A stretch of 64,000 bases of DNA from Octopus vulgaris. Lineage: Eukaryota. Both the position numbers and the translations under genes were made by a program. The notes beneath the pieces are model-generated. The model had not been told where the DNA came from, searched no databases, and worked only from the letters and a program-made list of their open reading frames with translations. Every line of letters starts with the position of its first letter. Positions within the stretch are counted from its first letter, which is position 1. Location of the stretch: positions 43,276,001-43,340,000 of the forward strand of contig OX597829.1 of assembly GCA_951406725.2 (NCBI GenBank), given 5' to 3'. This document shows positions 24,677-40,729 of the stretch, piece after piece.

Positions 24677-24707
24677 ATATATATATATATATATACATAT
24701 ATATATA

Positions 24708-24940
24708 CAGAGTTGTCCAAACATCACCTCACAGTAAATCAAAAGCATTTAATTCCAAGATTAAAACAAAATTTATTTTATATGAGACTTTGCTAATAGA
24801 TAGACAAATGTTGAAAAAAAACCCGTGATTTTACCATAAAATATTCAATTATTACACATAATTGGAATGAATAAATAAAACTGAATATTAAGTATTTATA
24901 GAATTTGGATTTATTGTCGGATGACTTTTGGCCAACCCTG
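24708..24940. mobile_element. Tc1/mariner-type MITE
   Basis: Imperfect TIRs CAGAGTTGTCCAAACATCACC / GGATGACTTTTGGCCAACCCTG in TA context. Confidence 0.65.
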
Positions 24941-25026
24941 AATATATATATATATTAAGGTATGTAGAAAAATACAACATGGACAAGAACGTATAACTCT
25001 TAGAAGACGATACAATAAACACGGAC

Positions 25027-25103
<77 letters not shown>

Positions 25104-25105
25104 AT

Positions 25106-25510
25106 AATCAAAATAAGCAACAAGGATATCCAGAGGTAATGCAGTACGATCGTTTCATGCAACTCCATTTAATTGAACAATATGATCATTTCATTACATC
25201 AATTTAAAATGTAGAGCAATCTTCAGCTGCACAAAGACATAGAATTTAATTAAATTTGTAGGACACATTAATATAATTAAATTCTATGTCTTTGTGCAGC
25301 TTGAAGATTGCTCTACATTTTAAATTGATGTAATGAAATGATCATATTGTTCAATTAAATGGAGTTGCATGAAACGATCGTACTGCATTACGTCTGGATA
25401 TCCTTGCTGCTTATTTTGATTTTAATCACCTTCTTTTGAAATTGTATGTATAATACTGTACTAAATTCTGGTACCTCAACTTAAGTACCATATTCATCTG
25501 AATCTAAATG
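25106..25510. mobile_element. Fold-back PLE-like pseudo-LTR with hammerhead (long stem II)
   Basis: ~145-bp near-perfect arms 25106-25421; minus arm reads GUGCAG CUGAAGA UUGC..GCAU GAAA CGAUCG UA CUGCAU. Confidence 0.75.
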
Positions 25511-25597
25511 TTATATATATATATATATATATGCACACACATACATACATATATATACATACAAAATTTGTATGTATCAAATTTTTACCCCTATTTA

Positions 25598-25670
<73 letters not shown>

Positions 25671-25684
25671 GTATCTATCTATCA

Positions 25685-25765
<81 letters not shown>

Positions 25766-25768
<3 letters not shown>

Positions 25769-25919
25769 TGTACATTTAAACACATAAGAGGTATCCATTA
25801 TAGGACTCCTTACACGCTGGTGAGAACAGTTAAATTCCAGTGGTTTGGAATTAAACTGTTCTCTCTAGCGTGTAAGGAGTCCTATGATGGATGCCTCTTA
25901 TGTGTTTAAATGTACACTG
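25766..25919. repeat. 154-bp near-perfect hairpin abutting (TA)n
   Basis: CAGTGTACATTTAAACACATAAGAGG..CCTCTTATGTGTTTAAATGTACACTG. Confidence 0.9.
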
Positions 25920-26014
25920 AATTTATGTGAATAATATATAGTCTATTGGCTAAATTTTTACACGCTAGGCCAATGGTAATGGAAATTTTTAATATTTCAC
26001 ATTACCCTTTGATA

Positions 26015-26206
26015 ATACCGTTGGCGATTTTTTTCCCTCTGTCTTCCCTCCTCTGGATCTTTCCTTCTCCTATGTTTCCGACGAAGAGCTCCGCTCGAAA
26101 CGTTAAACCCTCCTTCTTTCCTTCTTTCCTGAGCGTCCAATAATTCTATATTTGTTCCACGTCCTCGAGTTGTTGTGTTTTTTTGTGCTTTCTTGTTTGG
26201 GTTAAC

Positions 26207-26212
<6 letters not shown>
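26015..26212 (+). mobile_element. Hammerhead-bearing short element (CCGACGA core)
   Basis: GTTT CCGACGA A GAGC TCC GCTC GAAA CG TT AAAC at 26074-26108; ends in (TA)n. Confidence 0.7.
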
Positions 26213-26274
<62 letters not shown>

Positions 26275-26307
26275 CATATATGTATATATAATATATATAT
26301 ATATACA

Positions 26308-27602
26308 CGAGGGGTGTATGAAAAGTTTTGAGCCTAACCTAGAAACGGGGCTGCTAGATAGCTGAAATAATCTTTTCTGGTAAGTCTTTTCGGAGTACTC
26401 TTGCTCATTTTCGTGATTCTGGTATTTTTATTTATTTTATTTATTTATTTATTTTTTGTTGTTGCAGATTTTTGAATAAACAAGTGTCGAGGTTGCAAGG
26501 AAAATGGAGAAAACTGAGTATCGTGCTGTCATAAATTACTTTCATTTGAAAGACATGACTCCATCTGAAATCCATGAAGATATGGTGAGAACCTTAACAG
26601 ACAATGCTCCTTCATATGCAACAGTCAAATACTGGGTAAAGGAATTCAAGCGTGGCGGGGAGAGCGTGGAAGATGATTCCAGACCAGGGAGACCTCCAAC
26701 TGCAACCACTGAGGACAACATTGACCTTTCTCTTGGTATGATAATTCATGATCGTCGAATATCATGTTATCAGATAGCCGAGAGACTGGGCATCTCAACT
26801 GAAAGAGCAGACAACATTGTGACAAAAGAACTTGGGTTCTCAAAGGTTTCTGCAAGGTGGGTCCCTCGTCTTTTGACTCCTGAACAGAAACACACCAGGT
26901 ACATTTTGTTCGCGAGCAATCTGGGACTCTTTGAAGCCGATGAAGAGAATTTTCTTGCTCGTTTCCTTACTATGGACGAAAGATGGGTTCATCACTATCG
27001 GCCTGAAGTCAAAGAACAATCAAAGCAGTGGAAGCACACATCTTCTACCCCAAAGAAGGCCAGGGTCATTCCTTCATCTGGCAAGGTCATGGTGTCAGTA
27101 TTTTTGGATTCTCAAGGTGTCTTGCTGATCTATTACCTTGAAAAGAGTCACACCGTGACAAGGTTGCATTTTTCTCAGTTACTGAAACGCCTCTGAGAAG
27201 CAATCAATGAAAAAAGGCCGGGAATGTTAAGCAGAGGAGTCCTTTTTCATCACGTCAATGCTCCAGCCAACACCTCAGTGGCTGCCATGGCAACAATTCG
27301 TGATTGTGGATACGAACTTGTTCCCCATCTGCCTTATTCACCAGACTTAGCCCCTCTGACTTTCATCTATTCCCCAAAATGGAAAAAGCCCTGGCCGGTT
27401 GCCATTTTGCCAGTGACAATGACGTCATAGACGCTGTAGGAAGTTTCTTGGAATCTCAAACAAAAGAGTTCTTCTACGCCGGGATAATGGCGCTTCATCA
27501 CTGCTGGAGAAAGTGTTCAGCCATCGAGGGGGACCATGTTGAAAAATAAATCATCAGAAGTCATGTACCATGTTTTTTCTTTTTTTTTGAGGCTCAATAC
27601 TT

Positions 27603-27608
<6 letters not shown>
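26308..27608 (+). mobile_element. mariner DNA transposon with inactivated transposase (26504-27550)
   Basis: MEKTEYRAVI HTH, WVPRLL, TMDERWVHHY, HVNAPAN (HDNARPH-like), YSPDLAPSDF; stop at 27194 and a frameshift; TIRs TATGAAAAGTTTTGAGCCT / AGGCTCAATACTTTACATA. Confidence 0.95.
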
Positions 27609-27683
<75 letters not shown>

Positions 27684-27684
27684 A

Positions 27685-27865
27685 GTTTGATTTGAGAACA
27701 TAATCTTTGTGGAGAATGGCGATTTGACGTCTATATCTAGCATGTTGACTGTCCACTTTTCGTGTTCAGTCCTTAATTGGTATATATAAATATTTTAATC
27801 TTCGGATTCTTTTTTAATATGCTAGACCACTGGTTTTAATTGATAAATATCAATTTCTACCCTTA

Positions 27866-27875
<10 letters not shown>
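27685..27875 (+). mobile_element. (TA)n-associated short repeat, same family as 31299-31760
   Basis: ATGCTA..ACTGGTTTTAATTGAT.AATATCAATTTCTA shared with 31556-31600. Confidence 0.6.
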
Positions 27876-27928
<53 letters not shown>

Positions 27929-28178
27929 GTATATATTGGGACGGCCATTTTAATTTTTTTTTTTGCCAAATAAAAACATGTAGTATATATTCGTTCTTTT
28001 ATTACTGTTCTTTTTCTAACCCATGTCCATTGTCCGGAAATCTATCGTCACGCATCTGTGACTCCTTCATGGACACTTTCCGTCTGCGTGTGTTCTCTTG
28101 CTCCGCTTATTTCATTCAATGTCTAAAATGGAAAAGAGAAAAGAAAGTTGTCTGTCTTTATGTATGTTTCTATGGACG

Positions 28179-28235
<57 letters not shown>

Positions 28236-28557
28236 GTGTGTGTGTGTGTGAGAGAGCATCGTGTGTGGGTGGGTGTGTGGGGATCGTGTGTGAGTGTGTT
28301 TGTGTGCGTATATACACACAAACACACACACACGCATATATATCTACACAAACACAAACACAAACACACATATATATATATAAGTTGATTTGTTAAATTC
28401 GGGCGATTACGCATGAACAGACATAATCAATGGTTATTTGGATTCCAGAAAATTAAACCTTGTGCGTATGCCACCTGTTATAGTAACTGTTAATGAATAC
28501 GATACTAATATCTCAATTCTTTTATCTGTTTTATACATACGTAAACCCTTACACAGA

Positions 28558-28619
<62 letters not shown>

Positions 28620-28620
28620 C

Positions 28621-28836
28621 CGGAGTAAACACATAAATGTGAAACAAGGTGGAAAAAAAGAGTACTCAAATACCAGTGGTAGAGTAATATGCTTTATTTA
28701 AAGCAGCAGAATCTTCAACAAAACCTGTTACTCTGAGTTTCTCGTTGCCGTTCATCGGACAAAAAAATGTCCGATGAACGGCAACGTGAAACTCAGAGTA
28801 ACAGGTTTTGTTGAATTTTCTGCTGCTTTAAATAAA

Positions 28837-28837
<1 letters not shown>
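28621..28837. mobile_element. Fold-back hammerhead element (family of 47473), opposite orientation
   Basis: Hairpin 28692-28837; TGT CCGATGA ACG GCAA CGT GAAA CTC A GAG TA ACA. Confidence 0.8.
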
Positions 28838-28880
<43 letters not shown>

Positions 28881-29028
28881 CTTTGAATATTGATAAACTC
28901 AAGTTTATTTTTGTTATTACCTATCATTTCTGATCCTCAATGCCAATGAAGTAATATACCAGTGGATTCGTAGCATACAAGTTGTCCTTTAGTCGGTTGC
29001 TATAACCTCCAACTTGACCGCACATGTA

Positions 29029-29216
29029 TAGATCGCTAGCCACTACACATTCTTTATTTTCTCTCCTTGTTTTTTTTTTTCCGTGTTCCTTTCTGTGGAA
29101 GAGCGTAGGCTCGAAACGTTAAAGACTTTTACACTTCCCGAGCATTATACTAATACATCTGTTTGTTGAATACACCACCTGTCTTCATCTTTTGTTTTTT
29201 TGTGAATATCTCCCTA
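29029..29216 (+). mobile_element. Hammerhead-bearing short element (family of 12571)
   Basis: CTTT CTGTGGA A GAGC GTAG GCTC GAAA CG TT AAAG at 29089-29124; a more degenerate relative follows at about 29270-29440. Confidence 0.75.
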
Positions 29217-29249
<33 letters not shown>

Positions 29250-29481
29250 ATGTAGGTATCAACGCGCGTTCGTGAAATTTTTCCATTTTCCTCGCTGCCG
29301 AAGTGCTATGCTCGAAACGTTAAAACCCTACTCTCCTTTCCACCTTTACCGAGTGTGAAACTAATACATTCCATGTGTATATCTTGTCGCTTTGTTTTGG
29401 TTATTATTGATATTCAATTATTCAACTCTTAATATTTGATCTGATTATATATGTATGTGTGTATGTGTGTGCATGTGTGTT

Positions 29482-29568
<87 letters not shown>

Positions 29569-29604
29569 CATACATATATGTACATCTATAAATATATGAA
29601 ATAA

Positions 29605-29639
<35 letters not shown>

Positions 29640-29798
29640 ATATATGTGTGTGTGTAATATATACATATATATATGTACATCTCTATATATATGTAATATA
29701 TATATATGTATATATACGTGATATATATGTGTATGTGATATGTATATATGTATGTGATATATATATATGTGATATATATATGTATGTGATATATATAC

Positions 29799-29860
<62 letters not shown>

Positions 29861-29999
29861 TGAGTATGCATGTATTTTGTAGGTGAAATAGAACTGACTG
29901 ACATCCAGCTAAACAGGCAACCAGATAAGCTGACAGATAGTTTGAACATATAGATAGATAGAAAGATAGATAGAAAGATAGATAGACAGACATACGGAC

Positions 30000-30078
<79 letters not shown>

Positions 30079-30079
30079 C

Positions 30080-30146
<67 letters not shown>

Positions 30147-30183
30147 AAGATAGATAGAAAGATAGATAGACAGACATACGGAC

Positions 30184-30252
<69 letters not shown>

Positions 30253-30264
30253 TATACATCATGA

Positions 30265-30343
<79 letters not shown>

Positions 30344-30629
30344 TTGCTAACGAACTATGAGTGAGAAACAAATGCTGGTCGACGATGTTTTTATTTACAA
30401 GCAGCAGAAAAAAAAAGGGCGAGAGAAAGGGAGAGGTGAATGCGGACGTGGTAGAATAACAAGAAGAAGAAGAAGAAGAAGAATATGAGGCGCTGACTGA
30501 GAGAGAAAGGAGAGAACCAGGAAAGAGAAGAAAGTGTGAAAGAGAGAAGAGATGTGTTCCTACATATATATATATATATATTTATATATGTGTATATATA
30601 TATATACATATACATATATATATACATAC

Positions 30630-30664
<35 letters not shown>

Positions 30665-30778
30665 CATATCTTTATATATACATATATATGTATATATATA
30701 TATGAATGTATATATATATATATATATATATGAATGCATATATATATATATACATACATACACACACACATACACACA

Positions 30779-30825
<47 letters not shown>

Positions 30826-31244
30826 GTACATACATACATAAATATATATATATATATATGCATGTATATATGTATATATAAATATGTAGGTATACATCAT
30901 TTCTCTCAAATATATTTAGATATATATATAAGAAAAAAAAAGATATGGACAGTGTTTGTGTGCATGTGTGTGTGTGAGTGTGCGTGTGTCTGTCAGTGTG
31001 TGCTTGTGTGTATGTATGTACGTGCATGTGAGGGTGTTTGTGCGTATGAGTGTGTAGCAGTTTGAATGGGTAAAATTTTGCGTGAAAGAAAAAAAAGCAA
31101 AAATGTAAAGAATTTTATATATAGACCGTGAGTAAAAGAGAGGGGGACGCGGAATACTATATTAGTTAATGTTTCTACCTTAAACACACATTGATTCGCA
31201 ATATATATATATATATATACATACATACACACACACACACGCAA

Positions 31245-31295
<51 letters not shown>

Positions 31296-31298
31296 CAT

Positions 31299-31410
31299 AC
31301 AAAATTTAGAGGAGTGACCGCTGAAGTGGACAGCCTATATGCTAAACATAGACGTCAAATCACCATTACCACGAAGAATTTGTTCTCAAGAAAAATTTCG
31401 GCAAAAAAAC

Positions 31411-31480
<70 letters not shown>

Positions 31481-31639
31481 GGTTGACCACTTTAGTGGTC
31501 AGTCCTCTAAATTTTGTGTGTAAGATAATTATTATTCTTCGGATTTAAAAAAAATATGCTAAGTGACTGGTTTTAATTGATTAATATCAATTTCTAATCC
31601 TTATTTTACATATATAAATAAATAAATAAATAAATATAT

Positions 31640-31719
<80 letters not shown>

Positions 31720-31760
31720 AGGGTTAGAAATTGATATTAATCAATTAAAACCAGTGAGTT
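31299..31760. repeat. Two adjacent inverted-repeat pairs around (CT)n/(TA)n
   Basis: ACAAAATTTAGAGGA..(31299) vs ..TCCTCTAAATTTTGT (31517); CTGGTTTTAATTGATTAATATCAATTTCTAA (31567) vs TTAGAAATTGATATTAATCAATTAAAACCAG (31754). Confidence 0.8.
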
Positions 31761-31879
31761 TTATGTATATATATATATAATATATATAAAAGTCACTGGT
31801 TTTAATATATATATATATATATATATCCACACACACACAGATAGACAGACAGACACACACACACACACACACATATACA

Positions 31880-32530
31880 GGTGTAGCTGTGTGGTAAGAA
31901 GTTTGCTTCCGAAACACATGGTTTCCGGTTCAGTCCCACTGCATGACACCTTGGGCAAGTGTCTTTTACTATTGTTTCTGGGCGACCAAACCCTTGTGAA
32001 TGGATTTGGTCATCTGAAATTGAAAGAAGAACCTTGTGTATATATATGTGTGTGTGTGAGTGTGTTGTGTGTCTAAACACCAGGCTTACAGAGAATAAGT
32101 CCCAGGGTCGAACTGTTCAACTAAAGGCGGTGCTCCAGCATGGCCATAATAAAAATGACTGAAAGAAGTAAAAGAATAAAAGAATGGCTGTGTGGTATGT
32201 AGCTTGCTTATCAACCACAAGGTTCCGGGTTCAGTCCCACAGCGTGACACCTTAGGCAAGTGTCTTCTACTATAACCTCGGGCCGACCAAAGCATTGTGA
32301 GTGGATTTGAAAGACATACATACATACATACATACATTCATATATGTGTGTGTGTGTGTGTGTGTGTCTCCGCTATCGCTTAGCAACCGATATTGGTTTG
32401 TTTACGTCACCGTAACTTAGCGGTTCAGGAAAGGACACCAATAGCATATGCACTAGGCTTTAAAAAAACAAATCTGCTCCAGTGTGGCCGCAGTGAAAAT
32501 GACGGAAACAAGTAAATGAATAAAAGAATA
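31880..32530 (+). mobile_element. Two tandem diverged SINE family B copies
   Basis: Heads at about 31880 and 32185, each followed by microsatellite and 3' module. Confidence 0.8.
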
Positions 32531-32674
32531 TATGCACACACTCATACGCACACACGCACACACGCGCGCAGACACACACACACACACACAGAGAAACACA
32601 CACACAGACATACACACACACACAAACTAGAAATTGCGCAGTTTTAAGTTTATAGACAAGCACAGTAAGAATGC

Positions 32675-32745
32675 TGTCACCATTGGCGTGCTTGTGGTGA
32701 CGCCTTTCCTCTGCCAATCACGACGTGAAGTGGGCGGAGTCAAAT
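32675..32745. promoter_or_regulatory. Probable Pol II promoter (two CCAAT boxes, CRE half-site, GC box)
   Basis: ATTGG 32682, TGACG 32698, GCCAATCA 32713, GGGCGGAGT 32732 clustered in unique GC-richer sequence; G-rich UTR-like stretch follows. Confidence 0.55.
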
Positions 32746-33249
32746 AAAACAAAACAACAGCAGACAGACACGAACAGGCTTTGCCAGCGGAGGCGCGGGG
32801 AGAAGGGTGAAAGGCAAAGGAGGAGGAGTGGCAGGCAGAAAAAAGGAAAGAAAGAAAGAAAGAATTAAAGTTGTTGTTATTTTTCCTTTTGTTTCTTTTT
32901 CTTTTGCTTAGTTATTATTATTATTATTTTTTTACGCTTCTATATATAATGTTTTTCTTTTGTTGTTATCTTTCTCGGTGCGGTAAAAGTAGGCGGGGCA
33001 AGTGAAGGTTGGAGGTGGGGTTGATATATATGTTTATTGTTTTACATCTTTGCTTTCGCGATTTCTTTTGTGTTTCTTTTTCGTTTGTTTTAATTTTTTT
33101 TTTACTTTTTGTTGTTGTTTTTGTATTTGTATATATGTATATATGTATGTATATATGTGTTTTTCTTTTTTTTAACTCCTTTCAAGACAATCAGATGTTT
33201 CAAGCTTTGCAGTTGTTTATTTGTAAAACGTTTATACACACACACACAC

Positions 33250-33312
<63 letters not shown>

Positions 33313-33315
33313 TAT

Positions 33316-33362
<47 letters not shown>

Positions 33363-33380
33363 CATACATATATATATAAT

Positions 33381-33444
<64 letters not shown>

Positions 33445-33812
33445 CTAGATACATAAATATATATATATGTATGTATATATGTTTATATATACTTATGTAT
33501 ATGTGTATGTTTTTTTATTTTATTTTATTTTTATATATATATTATATTTATTAATTTTTGTTATATGATGTGAGTGTCGTGTTTAAAGCTTCTCTTTTTG
33601 TCTATCGTTGCTGTTGTTGTTGTTGTTGCTGCTGTTATTGTTGTTGCTTTGCGTGTTTGAATTTCTTTTTACTTTTTTCTTCCTTTCATAATTTTTTTTT
33701 TTTTTGTTTTTGCTTTTTCTTTCTTACTTTCTTTTTTTTTTTATTTTATTTGCTTCCTCTTGTTGGTTTTCATTTGAAACAATGTTTTCATATTCCAGTG
33801 TTTTCTCACAGG

Positions 33813-33848
<36 letters not shown>

Positions 33849-33879
33849 ACACATACGTACACGCGCACACGCACACACA

Positions 33880-34058
33880 TACACATACACAAAGCACACA
33901 TACTCTCAGACATAGACACACGCGCGCGCTCAAAGACACGCACTCACACAAAACACACACACACACACACACACATACACACACATACACATACAGAAAG
34001 CACACATACTCTCAGACATAGACACACGCGCGCGCTCAAAGACACGCACTCACACAAA

Positions 34059-34090
<32 letters not shown>

Positions 34091-35125
34091 ACACATACAC
34101 ATACAGAAAGCACACATACTCTCAGACATAGACACACACGCGCGCTCAAAGACACGCACTCACACAAAACACACATAAAATATACAAACATACGTAAAAC
34201 ATGAATACAGATATTTACGCACACACTAAACTCGCGTACAGAGACACAGACACAGACGCACGGAAAATACGCTCACACACACACATACACACACAAAACA
34301 CACGGTCGCATACATACCTATATAAATACATCCATGCGCTCACGTACACACACACACACGCACAACACACGCGCACACCACGGACACTCAGAAAATGCAC
34401 ATACACACACATTCACACAAAGACACACACACATACAAACATACATATACACACATTCACACAAAACACATACAAAGACACACACCTACACACATACAAA
34501 CATACATATACACACACGAACAAAAACATCTACACACACACACACACATACAAACATACATATACACACACGAACTAAAACATCTACACACACACACATA
34601 CAAACATACATATACACACACGAACAAAAACATCTACACACACACACACACACACATACAAACATACATATTCACACACGAACAAAAACATCTACACACA
34701 CACACATACAAACATACATATACACACACGAACAAAAACATCTATACACACACACACACGCACGCACACACACACGCATACAAGCACAACCGAAAGAGAA
34801 ACATCCGACACGTTTAGTTGTAGTTGTGTGGGTGTATATATGTGCGTGAGTATGTGTGTACGGATATGTGTATGTGTATGAGGGTGTTTTCGTATACGTA
34901 TCTGTATGTGTGTGCGAGTGTATGTGGGCGTGTTTGTGTAAGTGTGTGAATGTGTCAGTGTGTGTATGTGTCAGTGTGTGTGTGTGTGTGTGTGTGCAGA
35001 CGCCTATATATGTATGTGTGTGTGTGTGTGTGTGCAGACGCCTATATATATATGTGTGTGTGTGTAGACGCCTATATATATATATATATATATATATAAG
35101 TGTGTGTGTGTAGACGCCTATATAT
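33880..35125. repeat. Microsatellite-derived minisatellites (about 118, 60 and 38 bp units)
   Basis: AAAGCACACATACTCTCAGACATAGACAC x3; ACGAAC(A/T)AAAACATCTA x5; AGACGCCTATATATA x4. Confidence 0.85.
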
Positions 35126-35391
35126 GTGTGTGCTTCATGATATTCAATGAAAGGTGTGTTACTATACACAGCCTGGTACGTACACACATTTGTACATTTA
35201 CACACGCACACACTATGTATTCAATGCATATACATATTTGTATGTGTGTGTGTGTGTGTGTGTTTGTGTATTCAAACGAACATATCCCCATCTTTCTGTC
35301 TCTCTGTCTGTCTGTCTCTGTCTGATTCCCACTCTTTCTCTATGTGTGATTATATGTATATAGCTATGCAAATGTATATAATATGTCTCTG

Positions 35392-35541
<150 letters not shown>

Positions 35542-35578
35542 AAAATACATATATACATATATACATATACAAACGCAC

Positions 35579-35654
<76 letters not shown>

Positions 35655-36256
35655 TACATATATATTGTATATATATGCATGTATCTATTGATGGATGGAT
35701 GGATGGATCGATCGATCGATGGATCGATATACATGTAAGATCACTTCTAGAAAGACACATGTCTGGTGGCAATCACGCAGTTCGAGTTCAGTCTCACTTT
35801 GCGAAGGGACCCTTGGCGAATGCCTGCTACAAATAGCCCCGCTTCGATCAATGATTGCCTTCTTAGTGAATAAGCTACACGAAAACTGTACAGGAAGCTA
35901 TCACACATTGCGCGCGCGCGCGCGTGTGTGAATAAGAGAAAGAGTGAGTGAGAAAGAGAGAGAGAGAGAGAGAGCGTGTGTGTTTGTGTGTGTGTGAATG
36001 TGTGTTTGTATGTGTGTGCTAACGTGTAAGTGTGCATATGTATGACTATGTGTTTGTATGTCTTACCGCTCGTCAATCGATGTTCATTTCTTTACAATTC
36101 ACTAACTTAGTAGTTCGACAGATACTTAGAAGGAGATCAATAAAATATCAGCCATGGGTTAAAGGATAGCGAAGTCATGATAGTAAGTCAAATGACTGAA
36201 AACAAGTAAAAGAAAAAATATTTTTATCATCATCATCATCATCATCCTCATCATCA

Positions 36257-36341
<85 letters not shown>

Positions 36342-36399
36342 CATCCTCATCATCATCATCATCATCATCATTATTTAATCTGCATGTTTGTTGCAATCA

Positions 36400-37100
<701 letters not shown>

Positions 37101-37530
37101 TGTTGGGGGTGACTCTAAACTCTTCCTCATATTGTATTTCGTCAGTTCGTTTTCTTATGCGATCTGATTGCTGTCATTTGTTGCATTGGCGTTTGTATAT
37201 TGAGTGTTGCATGTGTAAAGCAAGTTGCGTCCTTACGTTGCATATGCGGATTGCCGGTGGTTGTTTATTTCATTGGATATTTGATATAGAGAGTGCCTTG
37301 TGTTTGTGGATTGTTTTGTTTCTGTTGTCTTATTGTCTAACCTGATGTTAGAACTCAACATAGATATACTTCAGAAAGTATCACTCGAGTATAGAGTAGT
37401 TGTAAGAAATTAAATTTACATAAGAAAAAGAAAACATGGCATGAATCTCCTTCGTTGGTAACGCTTTTCTCTGTGTTTACATATATATATATATGTACAT
37501 ATATATATATATGTACATATATATATATAA

Positions 37531-37600
<70 letters not shown>

Positions 37601-38375
37601 CTATGTGTGCGTGTGTATAAGTGTAAATGCATTCTACTAAACAATGACATTTCATTTCTAAATCTCTGATGAATCTATACGGTGATATAGAAGCATACAA
37701 CTATGAGAACATCCTTACTTGTAGCAGAAACTGACGTAAGCTAATGATGTTCACGACATAAATTGTTATTCCCTTGTAATTTTAATTTCTGATATATATA
37801 TATATATATACATGAATAGTATGTATAGTTATATGTATATAAGAGAAAAACTTATATATATATGTGTTTGTGTGTGTGTGTTCGTGTGTATGTGTGTACG
37901 GATATCTGTGTTGTGTGCGCGTGTGTGTGTACGTATGTTTTTTCATGTGTGTGTGTGTGAGTGTGTATATGTTTGTATGTATGTGTGTACGGATATCTGT
38001 ACGTTGTGTATATGTATGTACATATGTATGAAAACTACATGCATCTCAGTTGATGAATATAACTCGACTTCTTTGAAATTTGTACACGCAATCAATATTT
38101 GATTCAACTAAATTATAAAATCATAAAATACATGAGATACATGTATGAGATACCTGTTTTGGGGGTTTCTGCGTAAACGGGATTCCCCCACCCCACCCCA
38201 TACCATTTCTAGTTTCACGCCGCAGCAATCATCAGGAGGGAACATTTCTCTGAAGAGCGTAGTGTTGTGAATCTCGAGTAACGAGATAAACATTTCAGTT
38301 TAAATCAACATTATACTCTATTGCATACACATTCAGACAGTAACATGTGAGTGCGTGTTCGTACTAATATATATA

Positions 38376-38416
<41 letters not shown>

Positions 38417-39157
38417 GTGCGTATGTGTGTGTGTGCGTGTGTGTGTGTGTGTGTGTGCGTAAGACAGTGAGTGTGTGTGTGTGTTTGTGTTTGTGAATGT
38501 GCCTGTGTTCGTGTGTGTGTTCGGATGGGTGTTGCTCAGTGTTTGTGTGCTTAACCTCATGTTGTATATTTTGTACATCCTAAAATATTTGTCTTCCCTG
38601 TGTGTTTAAATGTATCGTATTTGTTTTACCCTTGGGACAAATAAAGGAACCTTTATTAGTATTGCTATTACCATTATTTGTAGACCTGCTACAGCTCTAT
38701 ACAAAAAAAAAAGGCTTTGTGGTATTTACATAAATCTATTGAAGTACCAAGTTCAAATCCCATCAGAGTCAACTTTGTCTTTCATCATTCTAAGGTCGAT
38801 GAGAAAAAAAAAAAACACCAGTCAAAAATCGGGATACCCACATACCCACATACCTTCATTCATACATACCAACATACCCACATACCTTCCACAAACAACT
38901 CCGTAATTAAATACACATGCGAACACACGCATGTACACTTGTGCAGACATAAGGGGTATATGTAATATTAAGTAATATGTATCTTATATATATATATATA
39001 TATATATATAATAAGTCCTGGGGTCGATTTACTCGACTAAAGGCGGTGCTCAAGCATGGCCGCAGTCAAATAACAGAAACAAATAAAAGAGTAAAAAGGA
39101 GAATATATATATATATGTGTGTGTAGATATATATATATATATATATGTATATATGTT

Positions 39158-39198
<41 letters not shown>

Positions 39199-39253
39199 AT
39201 GTATATGTGTATGCATGCATGTATTAGTGCAAGTATCAGTGTGTGTATGTATG

Positions 39254-39301
<48 letters not shown>

Positions 39302-39705
39302 GTATTTATATATCTATATAGATATATGCTTGAGTAGATTTATTATAAGTATGTATATATATATATATAGATATAGATACATATGCTATACAAACTCACA
39401 TATATACATATATATATTTATATATATATATACATATATATATTTATATATGTGAGTGTATATATATATATGTATATATATGTGTATGTATGTGTGTGTA
39501 TGAGAGAGAGAGAGAATGTGTGTGCGTGTCTATGTGTGATTTTCTCTTTCTTTCCGTCTCTTTTTCTCTTTCTTTCTCTTTTTCTCTTTCTTTCTCTTTA
39601 TCTTTCTTTTTTCCAATCTCTCTTTCCGTCTCTCTTCTTTCTTTCACCCTCCCTCCCTCCCTCTCTTTGTATCTATCTATCGATCTATCTATCTATCTAT
39701 CTATA

Positions 39706-39833
<128 letters not shown>

Positions 39834-40046
39834 CATCTATCTATCTATCTATCTATCTCTTTTACACTGTGGTAAAGTCCATGCGGTCTGCTGTGAACAG
39901 AACAGTGAAGATCACAGATTTACACGTTGTCCTTGTTATTTTTGTTGTTGTTGCTGTTATTGTTCCTCTTCTTCTTCTTCTTCTTCTTCTTCTTCTTCTT
40001 CTTCTTCTTCTTCTTCTTCTTCTTCTTCTTCTTCTGCTTCATGTTT

Positions 40047-40077
<31 letters not shown>

Positions 40078-40137
40078 CGATATGTATATATATGTATATA
40101 TATTCATACAAACATACATACATACATACCTACCTAC

Positions 40138-40201
<64 letters not shown>

Positions 40202-40352
40202 ATAGATAAATAGCTACATAAGTATATACATGCATACGTATGTTTATACAGACATGCATACATATGTTTATATACATACATGCATGTATGTTTATATATA
40301 TATGTATGCATTTATATATGCATGCATGTATGTGTATATGTATATATATATG

Positions 40353-40383
<31 letters not shown>

Positions 40384-40729
40384 GTACCAACAAAAGAATG
40401 AGACCTCGTTATTAGAGTACTATAGGCTTTATTATTTAGAATAGAACACACACACATACATACATATATATATATACATGTATATATATACATATGTATA
40501 CATACATACATATATATATATATATAAACAATGTAATATCTTAACTATATATAAATTCCTAGAAAGTCAGCTCCTACGTACACTGTATAAATGTCCTTAT
40601 ATACAGTTTCCATTCTTACAATATAATAATCTTGTTATCGCTGATCCGGGTTCTTATGCTTTTGAGAAACTGCTAAATATATCGGTTTTATTTTTCGACT
40701 CCGAGTTTCGAGGGTCTTAATAACGGTCA

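Noticed and set aside
26504-27550. Domesticated SETMAR-like gene
   Set aside because: In-frame stop, frameshift, second catalytic Asp altered, TIRs present, no SET domain
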